DNA of 59,104 bases, taken from NCBI RefSeq assembly GCF_006345805.1, contig NW_021833091.1:1-59104 (forward strand). Reading direction: 5' to 3'. Origin of the DNA: Octopus sinensis. Its lineage: Eukaryota. The notes beneath the pieces are model-generated. The model had not been told where the DNA came from. It did not search any database and was given only the letters and a program-made list of their open reading frames with translations. This document shows, piece by piece, positions 13,596 through 26,747 of this stretch (positions are counted from its first letter, which is position 1; each line of letters starts with the position of its first letter). The position numbers were made by a program, and so were the translations under genes.

Positions 13596-13639
<44 letters not shown>

Positions 13640-13978
13640 GTGTGTGTATTGTATATGTAAGAGTGTGTCTGTACTAACACGCATACATGCACCCCTCACA
13701 CACAAATTAACACACACATATTTAGAGCTAGATTCATAAATACGAGTGCGCGCGCGAGCAAACACACACAAATGTATATACCAAACCTATATAGATACAT
13801 AGAGCTATGTGGGTATAAAGGATAAATGCAAAATTTATGCTAAATTTAGAGCTATATGATGCGAAATGAATTCCAAAAGTTACAAACATACATACACAAT
13901 TTTACACATTCATGTACGTACGTACATATATTCATAAATACTTACATACATATCTACATTCATATATATACATATATA

Positions 13979-14053
<75 letters not shown>

Positions 14054-14098
14054 TGTATATATGTGTGTGTGTATATATCTATATGTTTGTATACATAC

Positions 14099-14129
<31 letters not shown>

Positions 14130-15141
14130 ATATATGTATATAGATATAGATATATATACCTAGACTGTGGTATATTTAGATCCTTACATATGCGCACATA
14201 TGTATAGATATGCAGAGAAATGCACATCAAGAACACATTCATAAACGTATGCACACTTATATGCACTTGTATATACACACATCAACACTCAAACCCATGC
14301 AGCGACACACAAATATTCCCACATCCACAAACGGAAATGCAGAAATATACAAACGTACAATGAAGGGACAACTAACCCCCTATCCTCCCAAGCACAAAGA
14401 AACATCGAGCCGTTTATACTGAGAATGATATTTATCTGTGACCTTCCTAGGTCACAGCAGACACATTCTGTCACTTAATAACAAGGGAAACGAATTGATG
14501 AGAAGTAGGGAGTCACTACTTGGAAATAATAGTACAATCGTGTGATGGATGTTGTGTTTGTGAGGGCGATTATGGAGGTGAAGGACGCGGTAACATTAGG
14601 AACGTCACTGAAGGCTGTGACGGTTCTGTTGGTGCAGATATTTAGCGAAGAGATGGTAAAGGTGAAAGTGTAACTTTTCGTTTTCCTTTCCTTTTTTTTT
14701 TCTCTATGCTTTAAATCACACTGGGGAATTTTTTTTTTTTATGGCGGAGGTTTTAGATGGCGACAGTATAATATTTGCTTGTTTGTTTATTTGTTATATA
14801 TATATATATAAATTAGGGAGAGGATAGGGAAGCTCTCATGACATTTGCAAGTCCTTTCTCAAAGTGCTTGGGATCTGGGATCGTTTTGGTCGTCTCCGGC
14901 TAAAAACTCTGAAAGTTGTAGCTTTCCTTTAATGAATACACACTCAGACAGACAGACAGACAGACACACACACACGCACACACACATACACACACATCAC
15001 ACACGAACACACACGCATGTATACATACAAATATATGAATGTATATATTATACCTACATGTATACATATATATGTGTGTGTATGCGCACGTATCTCTCAC
15101 CCTCTCTCTCTCTCTCAGTCTCTCTCCTCCACTCTCTCTCC

Positions 15142-15227
<86 letters not shown>

Positions 15228-15504
15228 GTTGTAAGGAAGGGTGATGATGAGACAAAACGTTTATTGTGGGTTGGAAAGGAAAAGGAATGGTTAACAATAT
15301 AGAGGATGTGAGAGAAAAGATGCGAATTCATAGGGGGGCTTATTGTGTAAGTTTTGTGTCTTTTTACTTCAAAGGAGTAGAGTCATTTGTGGTAAGGAGG
15401 AGAAACATTTTAATAACGCTTTCATGCACCTCAGCAGTTTTAAGCGGGATGGGCGATTGTTTTGTTTGTTTTTCGCCATCTATTTGGATAACATTGTTTC
15501 CCAT

Positions 15505-15718
15505 ATAGTCACAGACATAGCAGTGTATTTACAACCATGTGGTCTCGGGTTCAGTCCAAATGCGCGACACCTTGGTTGACGGATGTATGTTACATGGAGG
15601 TGCGCTACCGATAGAGTAACAACAGAGAAGTGGCGTAGATTAGCTTCACCGAAACTTCTCAATGCTCTGTCTGAGCTTGGCTATAGTGCAATGACTTAAA
15701 CAAGTAAAAGATCGAAGA
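15505..15718 (+). mobile_element. SINE family B, degenerate and deleted
   Basis: gggttcagtccaaatgcgcgacaccttgg head and aatgacttaaacaagtaaaaga tail. Confidence 0.55.
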
Positions 15719-16228
15719 TAAATGATGACATTTAGTACGTGTGGCTGCGTGTATGTGAACGTGTATGCGAATGTGTGTGTGTGTGTGTGTGAATGTGTAA
15801 GTAAGTAGTTGCAGTTTTGCTGGTATGGAAGGGTATACTTATGCGGATCATACGTAAGGTCCCTAGAGTGTGAGCAACAAATGAGTGAAGATGTTTGTAT
15901 TGGTTCTGAAGTGGAACAGTGCTTTTAGAATAATATTACCAGAATATTGCGATTACGAATCACCTGAAATTATTAATGACGTGGAAGATTATAAAATATC
16001 CTTGTGATCTCGTCCTATTCTCTTGAATAAACAAAGGATACATTGGATAATGTAAATGCATTTTCTCTGGCCTTGAAGAGAAAAAAAACAACAACATGAT
16101 ATTAACTGCTGAACAGGTTTACGTCATTGACGTATTATATCATGATGAGTAGTATTTAAATAACAGCAGACATTTTGAAGACTAACATTCATAAGATATA
16201 TGAGGGTCTAATCATATGAATTATATTT

Positions 16229-16505
16229 TACTCGTTTCATCCATTGGACTCTAGCCATCCATGAAGGTGTTAGTAGAGCAAAAGCACTACCTTATAAATA
16301 AAAAAAGAAAAACTTGGTACCTATTTTACCTATATAACAGTTTTGCTGAATCTCTAAGTTACGGGGACATGAAGCAACAGATTTTCAAGTGATGGTGGAG
16401 ATAAAAAAACAAACAAAAAACACACACATATACGTACACAAACACACACATTTATATATACGGGCTTCTTTCAGTTTCCATCGAGCTAATCCATGGACAA
16501 GGCTT
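16229..16505 (-). mobile_element. SINE family B, degenerate 3' part
   Basis: ctaagttacggggac and cgggcttctttcagtttcc match the reverse complement of family B. Confidence 0.6.
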
Positions 16506-17019
16506 AATTGTATCGCATCTACTTAGCTTATATTTCATCTACATAAGAGATATTTGTCACAAATATATCTCTAACTCATAATATTGCGTCTAATTAACAT
16601 AAATTTTATCTGTTTTATATGTATTTCATTTAACTAATATATATTTTCATCCACCAAAAGTTACGATCTTCTGCGCTATCCATGCTCTCCTACATTCTTG
16701 TACAAGAGAGATATTTGATTATCTGACTGCTGTAAATATAATCTTCACTATGTGGAAACCTTTGCTTAATCTACATGAGATATTGACTTGAAACGGATGA
16801 AAAATAATCGAACACCACAAGCAATTTTCACCCTGTGAAATTTTAGTTGTTATACTAAGAGATACACTGTTCCTCCATACAATTTGTATCCAGAGAAATT
16901 TTTGCCTTTAGCCAAAAGTGATCTCTATTTTGTTCCTTCATGGTGTTGTTTACTAGTTGCAAAAATGGGCAGAATAGCAATTTATATTTTCTTCAATCCA
17001 AAATCAGAAAACTTTATCG

Positions 17020-18462
17020 AGTACTTTACCATATCTTTGTAGACATGATTTTCAATAAATATGAAGCTTTCATTTCTGTTGGCCAATATTCCTAACTATT
17101 GATAATGCAACATGCGTTTGTCTATAACAGAAAACGTTGTAATTCAACATACATCTGACCATCAAATAAGACATATTTCAATATGTTTAATTATCTGCAC
17201 CTGTGCTTTGTTGCATGTCATGACAAAGGCTAGAATGACAGGAAATTTCTTACGAGTGAATGGGAAACAGAACTTAATTTCTGAAGAAGCTTGAGCTATC
17301 GTTGGGATCAACAGTTTCTTTGCAATATTGCGACCCGAATATACCTCAGCTTCTAACATATGATCATGTTATGAAGTGAGCTACTGCAATGTCTCTTTAT
17401 ACGACCTAAAATTTTCAAGAGCATGATACAACCCTTCATTAGCGTGAGGATGAATGGTGAAATCCTTACGGAGTGAAGTTGCTGATAAACTTGATTAGAT
17501 ATTTAATTTCATTATCGACTATTCCTGAGATTTATAAAGTCTATAATCAACTCTATAATACATTTATAAACTTTTGATCATCATTAAATTATTCATCTGT
17601 GTTGCATCATTAGTTGGAATGATAATGATCCTGTTTGCAATTGGATGGATTTGAGTCGCATAAACCGATTCCCACATTTCAGAGAGATTATTATATTACA
17701 GAGAAAATTCATTAACAAGGAAATAATTGCAAGATGGATTCTTCTAGCCGAGCTCACCGACAGGAGATCTAAGGGTAGACCAAGAATAAATTTCTTGAGT
17801 AACCTTCATAGGATCAGCAAGGCAAGCCTGAGAATCCAGGTGATTCTGATTGGGCGATTCTTATTGGGCAACAACTCTCATAAGAATAATGGGCAGACAA
17901 AGTGGATGGATGCATTCATTAGTCAGGATACTTTTTAAAGCACCTATACCTGGCGCATTCGGAATATTACCATTCCTTCATTAAGAAGGTTATGTATAAA
18001 ATCAATTTTATTTCTGTAAGATCCCGGTAATTGGTTGTCAGCTCTACTTTTACTGGACAACCAAAAATTTAGCTTTTTGACTATAGCCTCAACACTTTGT
18101 GGTTTTGCACCATGATAAAACCCAGGAAATTTAATTGCAGTCACAAGAAAGCAAGAGATTTCGATCACTAAACAGTTCCCTGCAACATTTTACATCTTTC
18201 AAACATCCCTCAAGTTATACAAAGGTATATTTATGTTGGTACCTTATTCATGGCGAATACTTTAGCCTACTGCATAAGATTCTCTGCGGCATCGCTCTTT
18301 GTTAAGCTGACAGATGTTTCAGTATTCACATTCTAAGGAATATTCAACTTGTACTGTTGAATTTTTCTATATTTCTAAAGCGATGTGGTGGAGTATAATT
18401 CTTGATGTGGTAATCAGTGCTGTTTCTTTTCAAAATTAGAGGGGAGCAAGTATAATGTTGCT

Positions 18463-18515
<53 letters not shown>

Positions 18516-21000
18516 CCTGTACGCCTATTTTGATTCAAGCTGGAAGTTGTATTCTGATTCTTACTCGCAAAAATGAGTCAACCAGAGAAAGACTGTCTTC
18601 TGTGTTGTAGAAGCTCCTAGTACATATCAGATTTGTTTTAAACAGAAGCTATATTTGTGTCTTTTCAGGAACCTACATAAATATAACAAATGTTAAGGCC
18701 ATCGGGTTCGAATCCTTCCTATATCTGCAGGAGATTCATATGCATTACACTATAAGAGATGACACGCAGGAATTTGGTGCATGGATTCTTCAATGAAGGT
18801 CTTCCATTTTGCTCAGAAGGCATGCTGGCAATTTGGCAAAGAATGCAATAGACAGGTACGTAACTTTTCCTGCTGCAGAACGAAGCCAAATTGAATAGAC
18901 CTTTTCTATTCTTGATATTCTATTCACCTTTATTCTGCCTGTTTCTGGGACAGTTAGACATGCAGTTGCTTCAGCTGTATTTAAATTCGTATTTGCGTTT
19001 AGTCAGACTTGTAGTTTCACACCGAGTTAATATAGCTTAGACTTATCTATACTAATGATAATGTTGATATATCCTATGAATTTTATTCATGAACTGCTTA
19101 CTTCATTTCTGATAACTTCTTTGTTTAAGTAAAATATTCTTTCCTTTTCTACTCTAGGCACAAGGCCCGAAATTTTTGGGAAGGGGACCAGTTTATTAGA
19201 TGGGTCCCAGTACGCAGCTGGTATTTAATTTATCGACCCCGAAAAGATGAAAGGTAAAGTCGACGTCGGCGGAATTTGAACTCAGAATGCAAAGACAGAC
19301 GAAATACCTATTTCTTTACTACCCACAAGGGGCTAAACATAGAGGGGACAAACAAGGACAGACATAGGTATTAAGTCAATTACATCGACCCCAGTGAGTA
19401 ACTGGTACTTAATTTATCGACCCCGAAAGGATGAAAGGCAAAGTCGACCTCGGCGGAATTTGAACTTATTTCGCCCGGCGGGCTAACGTTTCTGCCAGCT
19501 CGCCGTCTTGTTTAAGTAAAATATTGTCGAACATGATTCTTAACCCGGCTCCTGTAATGTTGTTCAGTTTGAAGTATTCTATCAATTCACTAGATGGATT
19601 TCATTTCGTCTCTTCGCTCATGTTCGATAATTTATTCTGCGAGGATATCATTTTAAAAATGGTTGCTTTTAGAGATAACGTTGAAATCTCATCTCGGTTA
19701 TGGATATCATTTCCCAGATTTCTCATTGACGAGGAGCATCATTTTCAGTGAGCCTTCTGCAATGTGCTTAGGAACAGCCGGGATACTAAGGATGACATCA
19801 CAATTGATATACCATTGATACTTTAGAGGAAGGAAAGGATTAAAATAGCGGCCTAACAATTGTCATTGCTCTGTTCTTCCCATCGTAATTAAATTTTATG
19901 AGAATAACCACCATATTGAAAATGTCTCCTTCTAAACGTAGAAACACCATTTTAATCTACATTTGTTATTTGACTTCATAGCTTTAGGTAACCCTTTGAG
20001 CAATACCGAATTTGTCCTACAAATGAACATGTATTAACTTCTCTACATGAGTTCTAAATGTTGCAGGATGGAGATTTAGATTAAATCTCTATCAGTGATA
20101 ATACAACACACTATAATATTAATGATATTTGGGATTTTACTATTGCTTTATTCAACCATAATTAGCAGAGAATTAATAGCAGAATCTTTTCAGTATAAAA
20201 TCCATGTGAATTGTTGGTCACACTCTATATCATATTCTATATTTACATTTCTTACACGAAGATCAGGGAGATTCCTTCAAGAGAATTCAATTTATTTTAG
20301 ATTATTCTGTCTTTCGTGCCATAGTCAATTGCAAACGTAGGTAAATATATTTTTATTTTTCTTGTATGTAATCACATCGAATTCTTGGTGCGTAGAAACT
20401 AGAGGAACAACATAAAGAAGAAACAACAGCTTTTCGACCTCTATTGACACCGTCTCGTATTGGAACAACTTCATACAGGTCCACTGTTGGTCCCAATTTT
20501 ACGTGAGAAAGCTGAGTCATCTCATTTTTCTTTTGTGGAGTTTGATTTGAAAGCATAATCATTGAAAGAGATACTTCTGTCTCCTGTTGTTTTCACTTGA
20601 AAGTTGAATGCTATTCATTACCCCAAATATATTAAACTCTGTATAAGAAATGCATTCGTCTTTCTTGTCTCTACTAGTGGACAATTAACAATCTAGAATG
20701 ATAATAAAATCATGGATGCTTTTCAACCTGTAAACTATTGTCTGTATACAAGGAATGTCTAACTTCGTAAAATGGAGCATTTAACTTAATTTCTATAGTG
20801 ACGATTCTAATGAAGGCCAAAATAGCACTATACATGCCTACAAATGAGTAGATAGTTTAAAAATATTATTAGGTGCTGAAAATGCTAAAGCGTATAACCT
20901 CTACACCTTCTTTAGTTTCTCATGTAAACCTCAAACTTTCAAACCATCTCAGCTTAAGTTCATCTAGAAAGGATTGTAACCCTTAGGATCGTTGATCATG
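17020..21000 (-). mobile_element. Helitron Rep-PIF1 helicase fossil (many stops and frameshifts)
   Basis: Ordered minus-strand motifs: FYAPRIR (~20390), RQNNLK*IEFS (~20300), YFNPFLPLKYQWYINCDV (~19800-19850; cf. YNPxLxxKYxxHINVE), degenerate P-loop GASTTQKTVF (~18600), FPFTRKKFPVILAFVMTCNKAQ (~17210-17280; cf. RRQFPVRLAFAMTINKSQ), GQMYVELQR (cf. HGQLYVALSR), FIENHVYKD (cf. TKNVVYKE). Confidence 0.85.
19139..19507 (-). mobile_element. Dimeric SINE family A inserted in the Helitron, with an 18-bp TSD
   Basis: ttgtttaagtaaaatatt occurs at both 19121-19138 and 19508-19525. Two body units, each with gagttcaaattccgccga. Confidence 0.9.
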
Positions 21001-21918
21001 TGGTGTATATCACGTCTTTTTTTTTATTATTTTCTATTTACTCGATAGAATTATTACTGAATATTTGACCTTTGTTGTGGAGAGTCTTAACAAGAACACT
21101 GGGATTAGAGGATCTCTACAGTTTGCGATACTTCACAAAATCAGCTTAAGTTTCTTTATTGTACAACTTCAAATGCAGAATATTTGCACCGTCATTTAAA
21201 TCTTAAATTACCTAACATCCTCTATACTGCTAGGTTTTGTAACAAATACATCAGATCGACTGCACTTATTATTGAATTACATGTATGTCCTCAGTGTTCT
21301 CTAATTTGAGAAAAATGTAAAAATTTAATATACCAAATATATATGGTATTACGATCGTGTAAATTCTTCCTCTCCATTATGAATACGAATATATTTCCAA
21401 AATATAATTTTCCTAATACCTCTAATCACATAAATATATTGTGCCTTAACAAATAAAAATTTCGTAACCTTTTCTAGCCGCGCGGGATTTATACACTTAT
21501 TGTGTTATGAATATAAAAATATTGTATATATTTGTATAGACTGTGACACTTTATGGGTATTTTTAATATCATTTAGGAAATGGGATACGTTATATGTGCG
21601 TGTATGTGAGCTTGTGTGTATGTGTGTATGTATTTATATATGTATGTATATATGTATGAATGTACTTCTGTATATATGTATGAATACATATTTCTGTATG
21701 TATGTACATATGTATGTGTACATGAGTGCGTATCCTTATTTGTCTATCTATCTGCATACACACTCATATATAACTATTAATGTTTGCTTTATGTTAATAT
21801 GTAAAAGCAACTTAACATTAAACTTAAATGTTTATATTTAGAAAAGTTAATGATTATTATCTCATAAAAGTCACTGAATAGTGACTTCGAAGTCTCCGCT
21901 AGTTCGCATTTATCTTCA

Positions 21919-22062
21919 TGAGCGTGGCTGTATGGTAATAAGCTTGCTTCTTTACCACATGATTCCGGTTTCAGTACCACTGCGTGGCACCTTCTACTAT
22001 AGCCTCGGGCCGACCAAAGCCTTGTGAAAGGATTTGGTAGACGGAAACTGAAAGAAGCCCGT
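21919..22062 (+). mobile_element. SINE family B, 5' half
   Basis: gtggctgtatggtaataagcttgc...ctactatagcctcgggccgaccaaagccttgtg...cggaaactgaaagaagcccg. Confidence 0.8.
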
Positions 22063-22116
22063 TATATATATATATATATGTATGTGTGTTTGTGTGTGTG
22101 TGTTGTGTGTGTGTGT

Positions 22117-22151
<35 letters not shown>

Positions 22152-22830
22152 GTGTTAGCGTGCGTGCGTGTATGTGTGACTCTTGATTGCTATTCAATTG
22201 ATCGACTTCCATTCCTAATTAAACATATTAAATTTACGTGTTGGGTAACAAAATATCCTTCACATTTCATGTTAGACTGGGTTCGATTTCTGTGCCTAGT
22301 AGTTCATTTTATACGCGTATTTGGAGAAATCTTCTACTGAGCGAAATTGCACGATCTCTCGTCAAATGAATTGCTCTTTTGTATAGATCGTTCACTTAAT
22401 TAGAAAGCCAGCGTCAGGACGCTCCTTGGGCGGTAGATGCTTCAAGCCGTGTCCAGGTTACAGTTAAACTTGGGGCCATATCAATGAACTGAGTTTTCAT
22501 TTCCTTCTTAAAATTGTTTTTTCTTTAAATAAGATTGTTGGTCACTGCACTTTATCATCTGATTAAGCAAAGCAAAGGAATTTAAAACTCTAAGGTGTTT
22601 TTACGGGCAGCAAACTGCCAAATCTTTTGAACGTCAGGCATAAAAAAACGTATCAACTTTTACGTTGTGAATTCACATCCAACAGCGGTTAACTCGACGT
22701 TTCATACCTTCGAGGTTGAAAAAATAAAGTGGCAGTGGTCCGGCATCCGCACAGAGGAGAGTGGCGTGATCTCACGCCACTTGTGCGCCACGGGACGAGA
22801 TAACCAGGATTTTGAGAAAATGATTTTAAA

Positions 22831-22879
<49 letters not shown>

Positions 22880-22950
22880 CTACTACTACTACTACTACTA
22901 CTATTGATAATAATAATAATAACAACAACAACAACAATAATAATGGTTTC

Positions 22951-23158
22951 ATATTTTAGCACAAGGCCAGTAGTTATGGAGAATGGGCATCGTCGATTAA
23001 ATCGACCTCAGTGATCAACTGGTACTTAGTTTATTGACCTTAAGCGCAAGAAAGGCAAAGTTGACCTTGATAGAATTTGAACTCAGAACCAGAAGGCTTG
23101 TGAAATGCCACGAAGCATTTTTCCGGTCATGAGAAAGATTCTGCCATCACGTCGCCTT
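22951..23158 (-). mobile_element. SINE family A, degenerate, adjoining an (ATT/ACT/AAT/AAC)n tract
   Basis: gaatttgaactcagaac, actggtactta and gcacaaggcc match the reverse complement of family A. Confidence 0.7.
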
Positions 23159-23650
23159 ATCAGTATTGGGCAGTGGGTCTCATAGTTTCTGATTTTAACT
23201 GACTGGAAGTGTTATGTACTACAGCAAATATTCTGCTCAGTACCACAGATTTGCTTGTCAGTTGTTTGACCATAACCAGTTGAGTATATCTCTTAGTGGT
23301 TGACGATAGGTACATCTCTGATCACGAGCAGAAGTAGAAGGGGAACAACACAGCTATGTGTTGAGAGGAATTCTTTAGCGTTTGGATAATTACGTTTGGA
23401 AACAAAGTTGTTTCGTTCAATATCCTTAAACAAACCTTCTTCAGGGACCTTTTGAGCAGGATGAGCTACTCGACCTGAAGAAAGATCTAACTGGGCCCCA
23501 TTTCAAGGTCATGCGTTGTTTATCTTGACATGAGATCACCATATCACAGACATGGCGTACCCTTATCAGATAGGTAGTCATGATAGGTATATTGGGCATC
23601 GTATATTTTACCCCAGTGCCATTTTGATGTCATGCACTGCTCTCTCACTC

Positions 23651-23699
<49 letters not shown>

Positions 23700-23702
<3 letters not shown>

Positions 23703-24150
23703 CCGATACACACAGATAGGGAAATTAAGGCCAACAGACCAGATATAGTTGTCAGAGATCATGAAGAAAAAAATGCTTTCTAATTGATGTATCAATACCG
23801 GCAGATGACAACGTGTCTCTAAAAGAAATGGAGAAACTCTCAAAATACAAAGACCTGGAAATAGAGATAACTAGAATGTGGAACCTGAAAACAGAAACAA
23901 TTCCTATCATAGTAGGTGCATTAGGCATGATAAAAAAATATTCAGACAAATACATAACAAAAACACCAGGACTTACAAACACATATAACATACAGAAAAT
24001 TGCACTACTAGGCGCTGCACACATCCTACGCAGAACACTTTCCATACAATAACCATCAGAGCATCACAACAAATCACAGCACATACCCAAGGCACACAGA
24101 GCTGCGCTCGGTAGTGAAGTGAAAGCACGCTATAAAAATAAAACTACTGA
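23700..24150 (+). mobile_element. 5'-truncated R4/Dong-type non-LTR retrotransposon (REL endonuclease C-terminus plus 3' UTR)
   Basis: PIHTDREIKANRPDIVVRDHEEK, a 1-nt deletion in an A7 run (~23770), then CFLIDVSIPADDNVSLKEMEKLSKYKDLEIEITRMWNLKTETIPIIVGALG...RRTLSIQ* (PD-(D/E)xK and KxxKY motifs). (AAT)n lies on both sides. Confidence 0.88.
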
Positions 24151-24175
24151 ATAATAATAATAATAATAATAATAA

Positions 24176-24402
24176 ATTTGGCACCTGACAAACACTTTCG
24201 GGGCATGGGGAGAAAGTCGATCACTTCGTCATCAGATTTCAGCTGGTACTTGTTTTATTAATTCCTAAAAGATGAAAGCCAAAAATCGACACCACATCAT
24301 TCGAACTGAAAACCTAATGGCTAAGCGAATTACACATTGCATTTTGTCCAATGTGCTTACCATTCTACCAGCTAGCCGCCTTTATAATAGTAATGATGAT
24401 GA

Positions 24403-24453
<51 letters not shown>

Positions 24454-24454
24454 T

Positions 24455-24493
<39 letters not shown>

Positions 24494-25137
24494 CAAGTTT
24501 TTTCGCGAGGCCAGCAATTTTCGTTATAGGGGTATGTCGATTACATCAAATTGCAGTGTTTAACTTGTACTTATTTTGTGGACCTCGGAGTAAGGAAATG
24601 CAAAACAAACCTCGGCAGAATTCGCACTCGAAACATTGAAGGAAGACAAAATACGGCTAAGCATCTTACCCGGCGTGAGTAATAGTAATAATAATAATCC
24701 TTTCTAGTATATACAAGGCCTGACATTTTGGAAGAGGGAAGGGGATTGTCGATTTTGGTGGAGAGGATACTCGACACTAGTGTTTCCCTGGTACTTAACC
24801 TACCGACCCCGCAAAGATGAAATACATAGTCGACCTCGGCGGAATTTAAACTCTGAACGTAGACACGGACAGAAAGCCGCTAGGCACTTAGCCCGACGTG
24901 TTAACTACTCTGCTAGCTCGCTGCTTTAACAATAATAATAATAATCTTTCCTATTCTAGGCTGAAGGCCCGACATTTTAAGGAGGGGACAAGTGAATTAA
25001 TTCGACCCCTGTACGTAACTGGTACTTAATTTATCGACCTCGAAAGGATGAACGGCAAAGTCGACCTCAGCGGAATTTGAACTCAGAATGTAGAGCATTT
25101 CGCCTGGCGTGCTAACGATTTTCATCGCAGCATTAAC

Positions 25138-25173
<36 letters not shown>

Positions 25174-25378
25174 CCTTTCCGCTGGAGGCACAAGGCTTGA
25201 AGTTTGTGAGGAGGGGAGTAGTCGATTACAATGACCTCAGTGTTTCACTGGTGCTTAGTTTATCGAACCCGAAAGGATGAAATGCAATGCTGACCTCAGC
25301 AGAATTTGAACTGACAGCGTAAAGACGGATTAAAATGCTGGTAAGCATTTTGGCAGGCGTGCTAATAATTCTGGCAAT
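24176..25378 (-). mobile_element. Array of five same-orientation SINE-A copies separated by (GAT)n/(AAT)n tracts
   Basis: Copies at about 24176-24380, 24510-24680, 24700-24925, 24950-25130 and 25175-25378. Each has gcggaattt(g/a)aactc or a decayed version and aaagatgaa/aaggatgaa. Confidence 0.8.
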
Positions 25379-25880
25379 GATGATAGGAACCTTGCTGAGA
25401 TGATGTCGATGGTAACATTACAGCTAGTTGAGGAAGTGGTTGTGACGGTGCTGTTGCAGTTGATGGTAGAGATGATGGTGTTGAGAGTGAAGAATTCAGA
25501 ATTGTGGTACAGGTGGTGGCGATGGAGTGGCGCAGGTTTGGTGGTGAATGGTGTTGGTTGCGGCGCTGATGTTAATGTCAGTTTCATCCCTGTCTGTTCA
25601 AAGGAAAAAACAATTTTTAAATGTCAACCCCTACCAATATTTTCAGATTGTTACGTCTGTGTATACAGCAGTAAATCGAGACGAGTGTTGGGTCAGGGAT
25701 GGGAAAATATGAGCGAATTGTCGAGGTGTGATACGGCTGGGTAGGTTTGAGGTGGTTCTGTACTTAAAGTAGAACGGAACACTCGGTGCGTTTTATGCTT
25801 ACTAATACAGAATGTATCCAGGGGAGATAATAACCGCATTGAAACTTATGTCCGACTGCCGGGTATTCATTTATGGAAAT

Positions 25881-25912
<32 letters not shown>

Positions 25913-26747
25913 CATACATACATACATACAAATATACATACATATATATACATACGCACATACATATATACATATATATATTTATACATGCACATATATA
26001 TAGATATATACATATATATACACTCACACACATATATATATGAAAGTGCTTGCATCATGTATGTGTGAGTGAGAGAGTGTGTAATGTATACATGTATATG
26101 TGTGTGTGTCTGTGTGAATATATATACATGTGTGTATGGGAGAGGAAGAGAGAAAGTATAAAAAAGAGAGAGCGTGTATTTGTGTATACGTATATGTACA
26201 CATGTGTATCCACGTGTGCTTGTATATACGTACGAATATATGGATGTCTGCCTATGTGTAGATGCATATATTTTGATATAGGTTCTCTCTAAACTCGGGA
26301 AGTGCCAAATTTGAAATGTCAATTCATGGTAATATATTCCTGTATTTTGATATCAATAGACGCTTTAGTTTTATATAGTTTATATATACTTTTATAATAT
26401 TTTCTATCTTTTGCTTGTTTTAACGTAGAAGCGTTTTATCGTTGTTAGTCTTGTTGATATTGTTGCCATTATTGATGGTGCTTCTTCTTTATTGTCTTTC
26501 TTATTTTCCATAATGTTTACTTTTGATGTTTAACCGCAGGTCAAACCTGAATCAATACATACATATCATGAAATGACTTCTAACTATGGCAATCCCTTCT
26601 GTTTTAGATATTTCATATCTAGGTCTACATCCTGTGTTGAGTCATGCAACATTTCAAGATAGTGGATTGTGATTTAACGGGAGGCTCTCAACTATTACGA
26701 GTTTCTAACGAACATATCGAGGATAAATTTATTACTAATATGTATAT

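Noticed and set aside
24176-25378. CRISPR-like repeat-spacer appearance of the SINE arrays and tandem repeats
   Set aside because: The units are 180-220 bp diverged SINE copies in a eukaryotic context, with no short constant repeats, unique spacers or cas genes.
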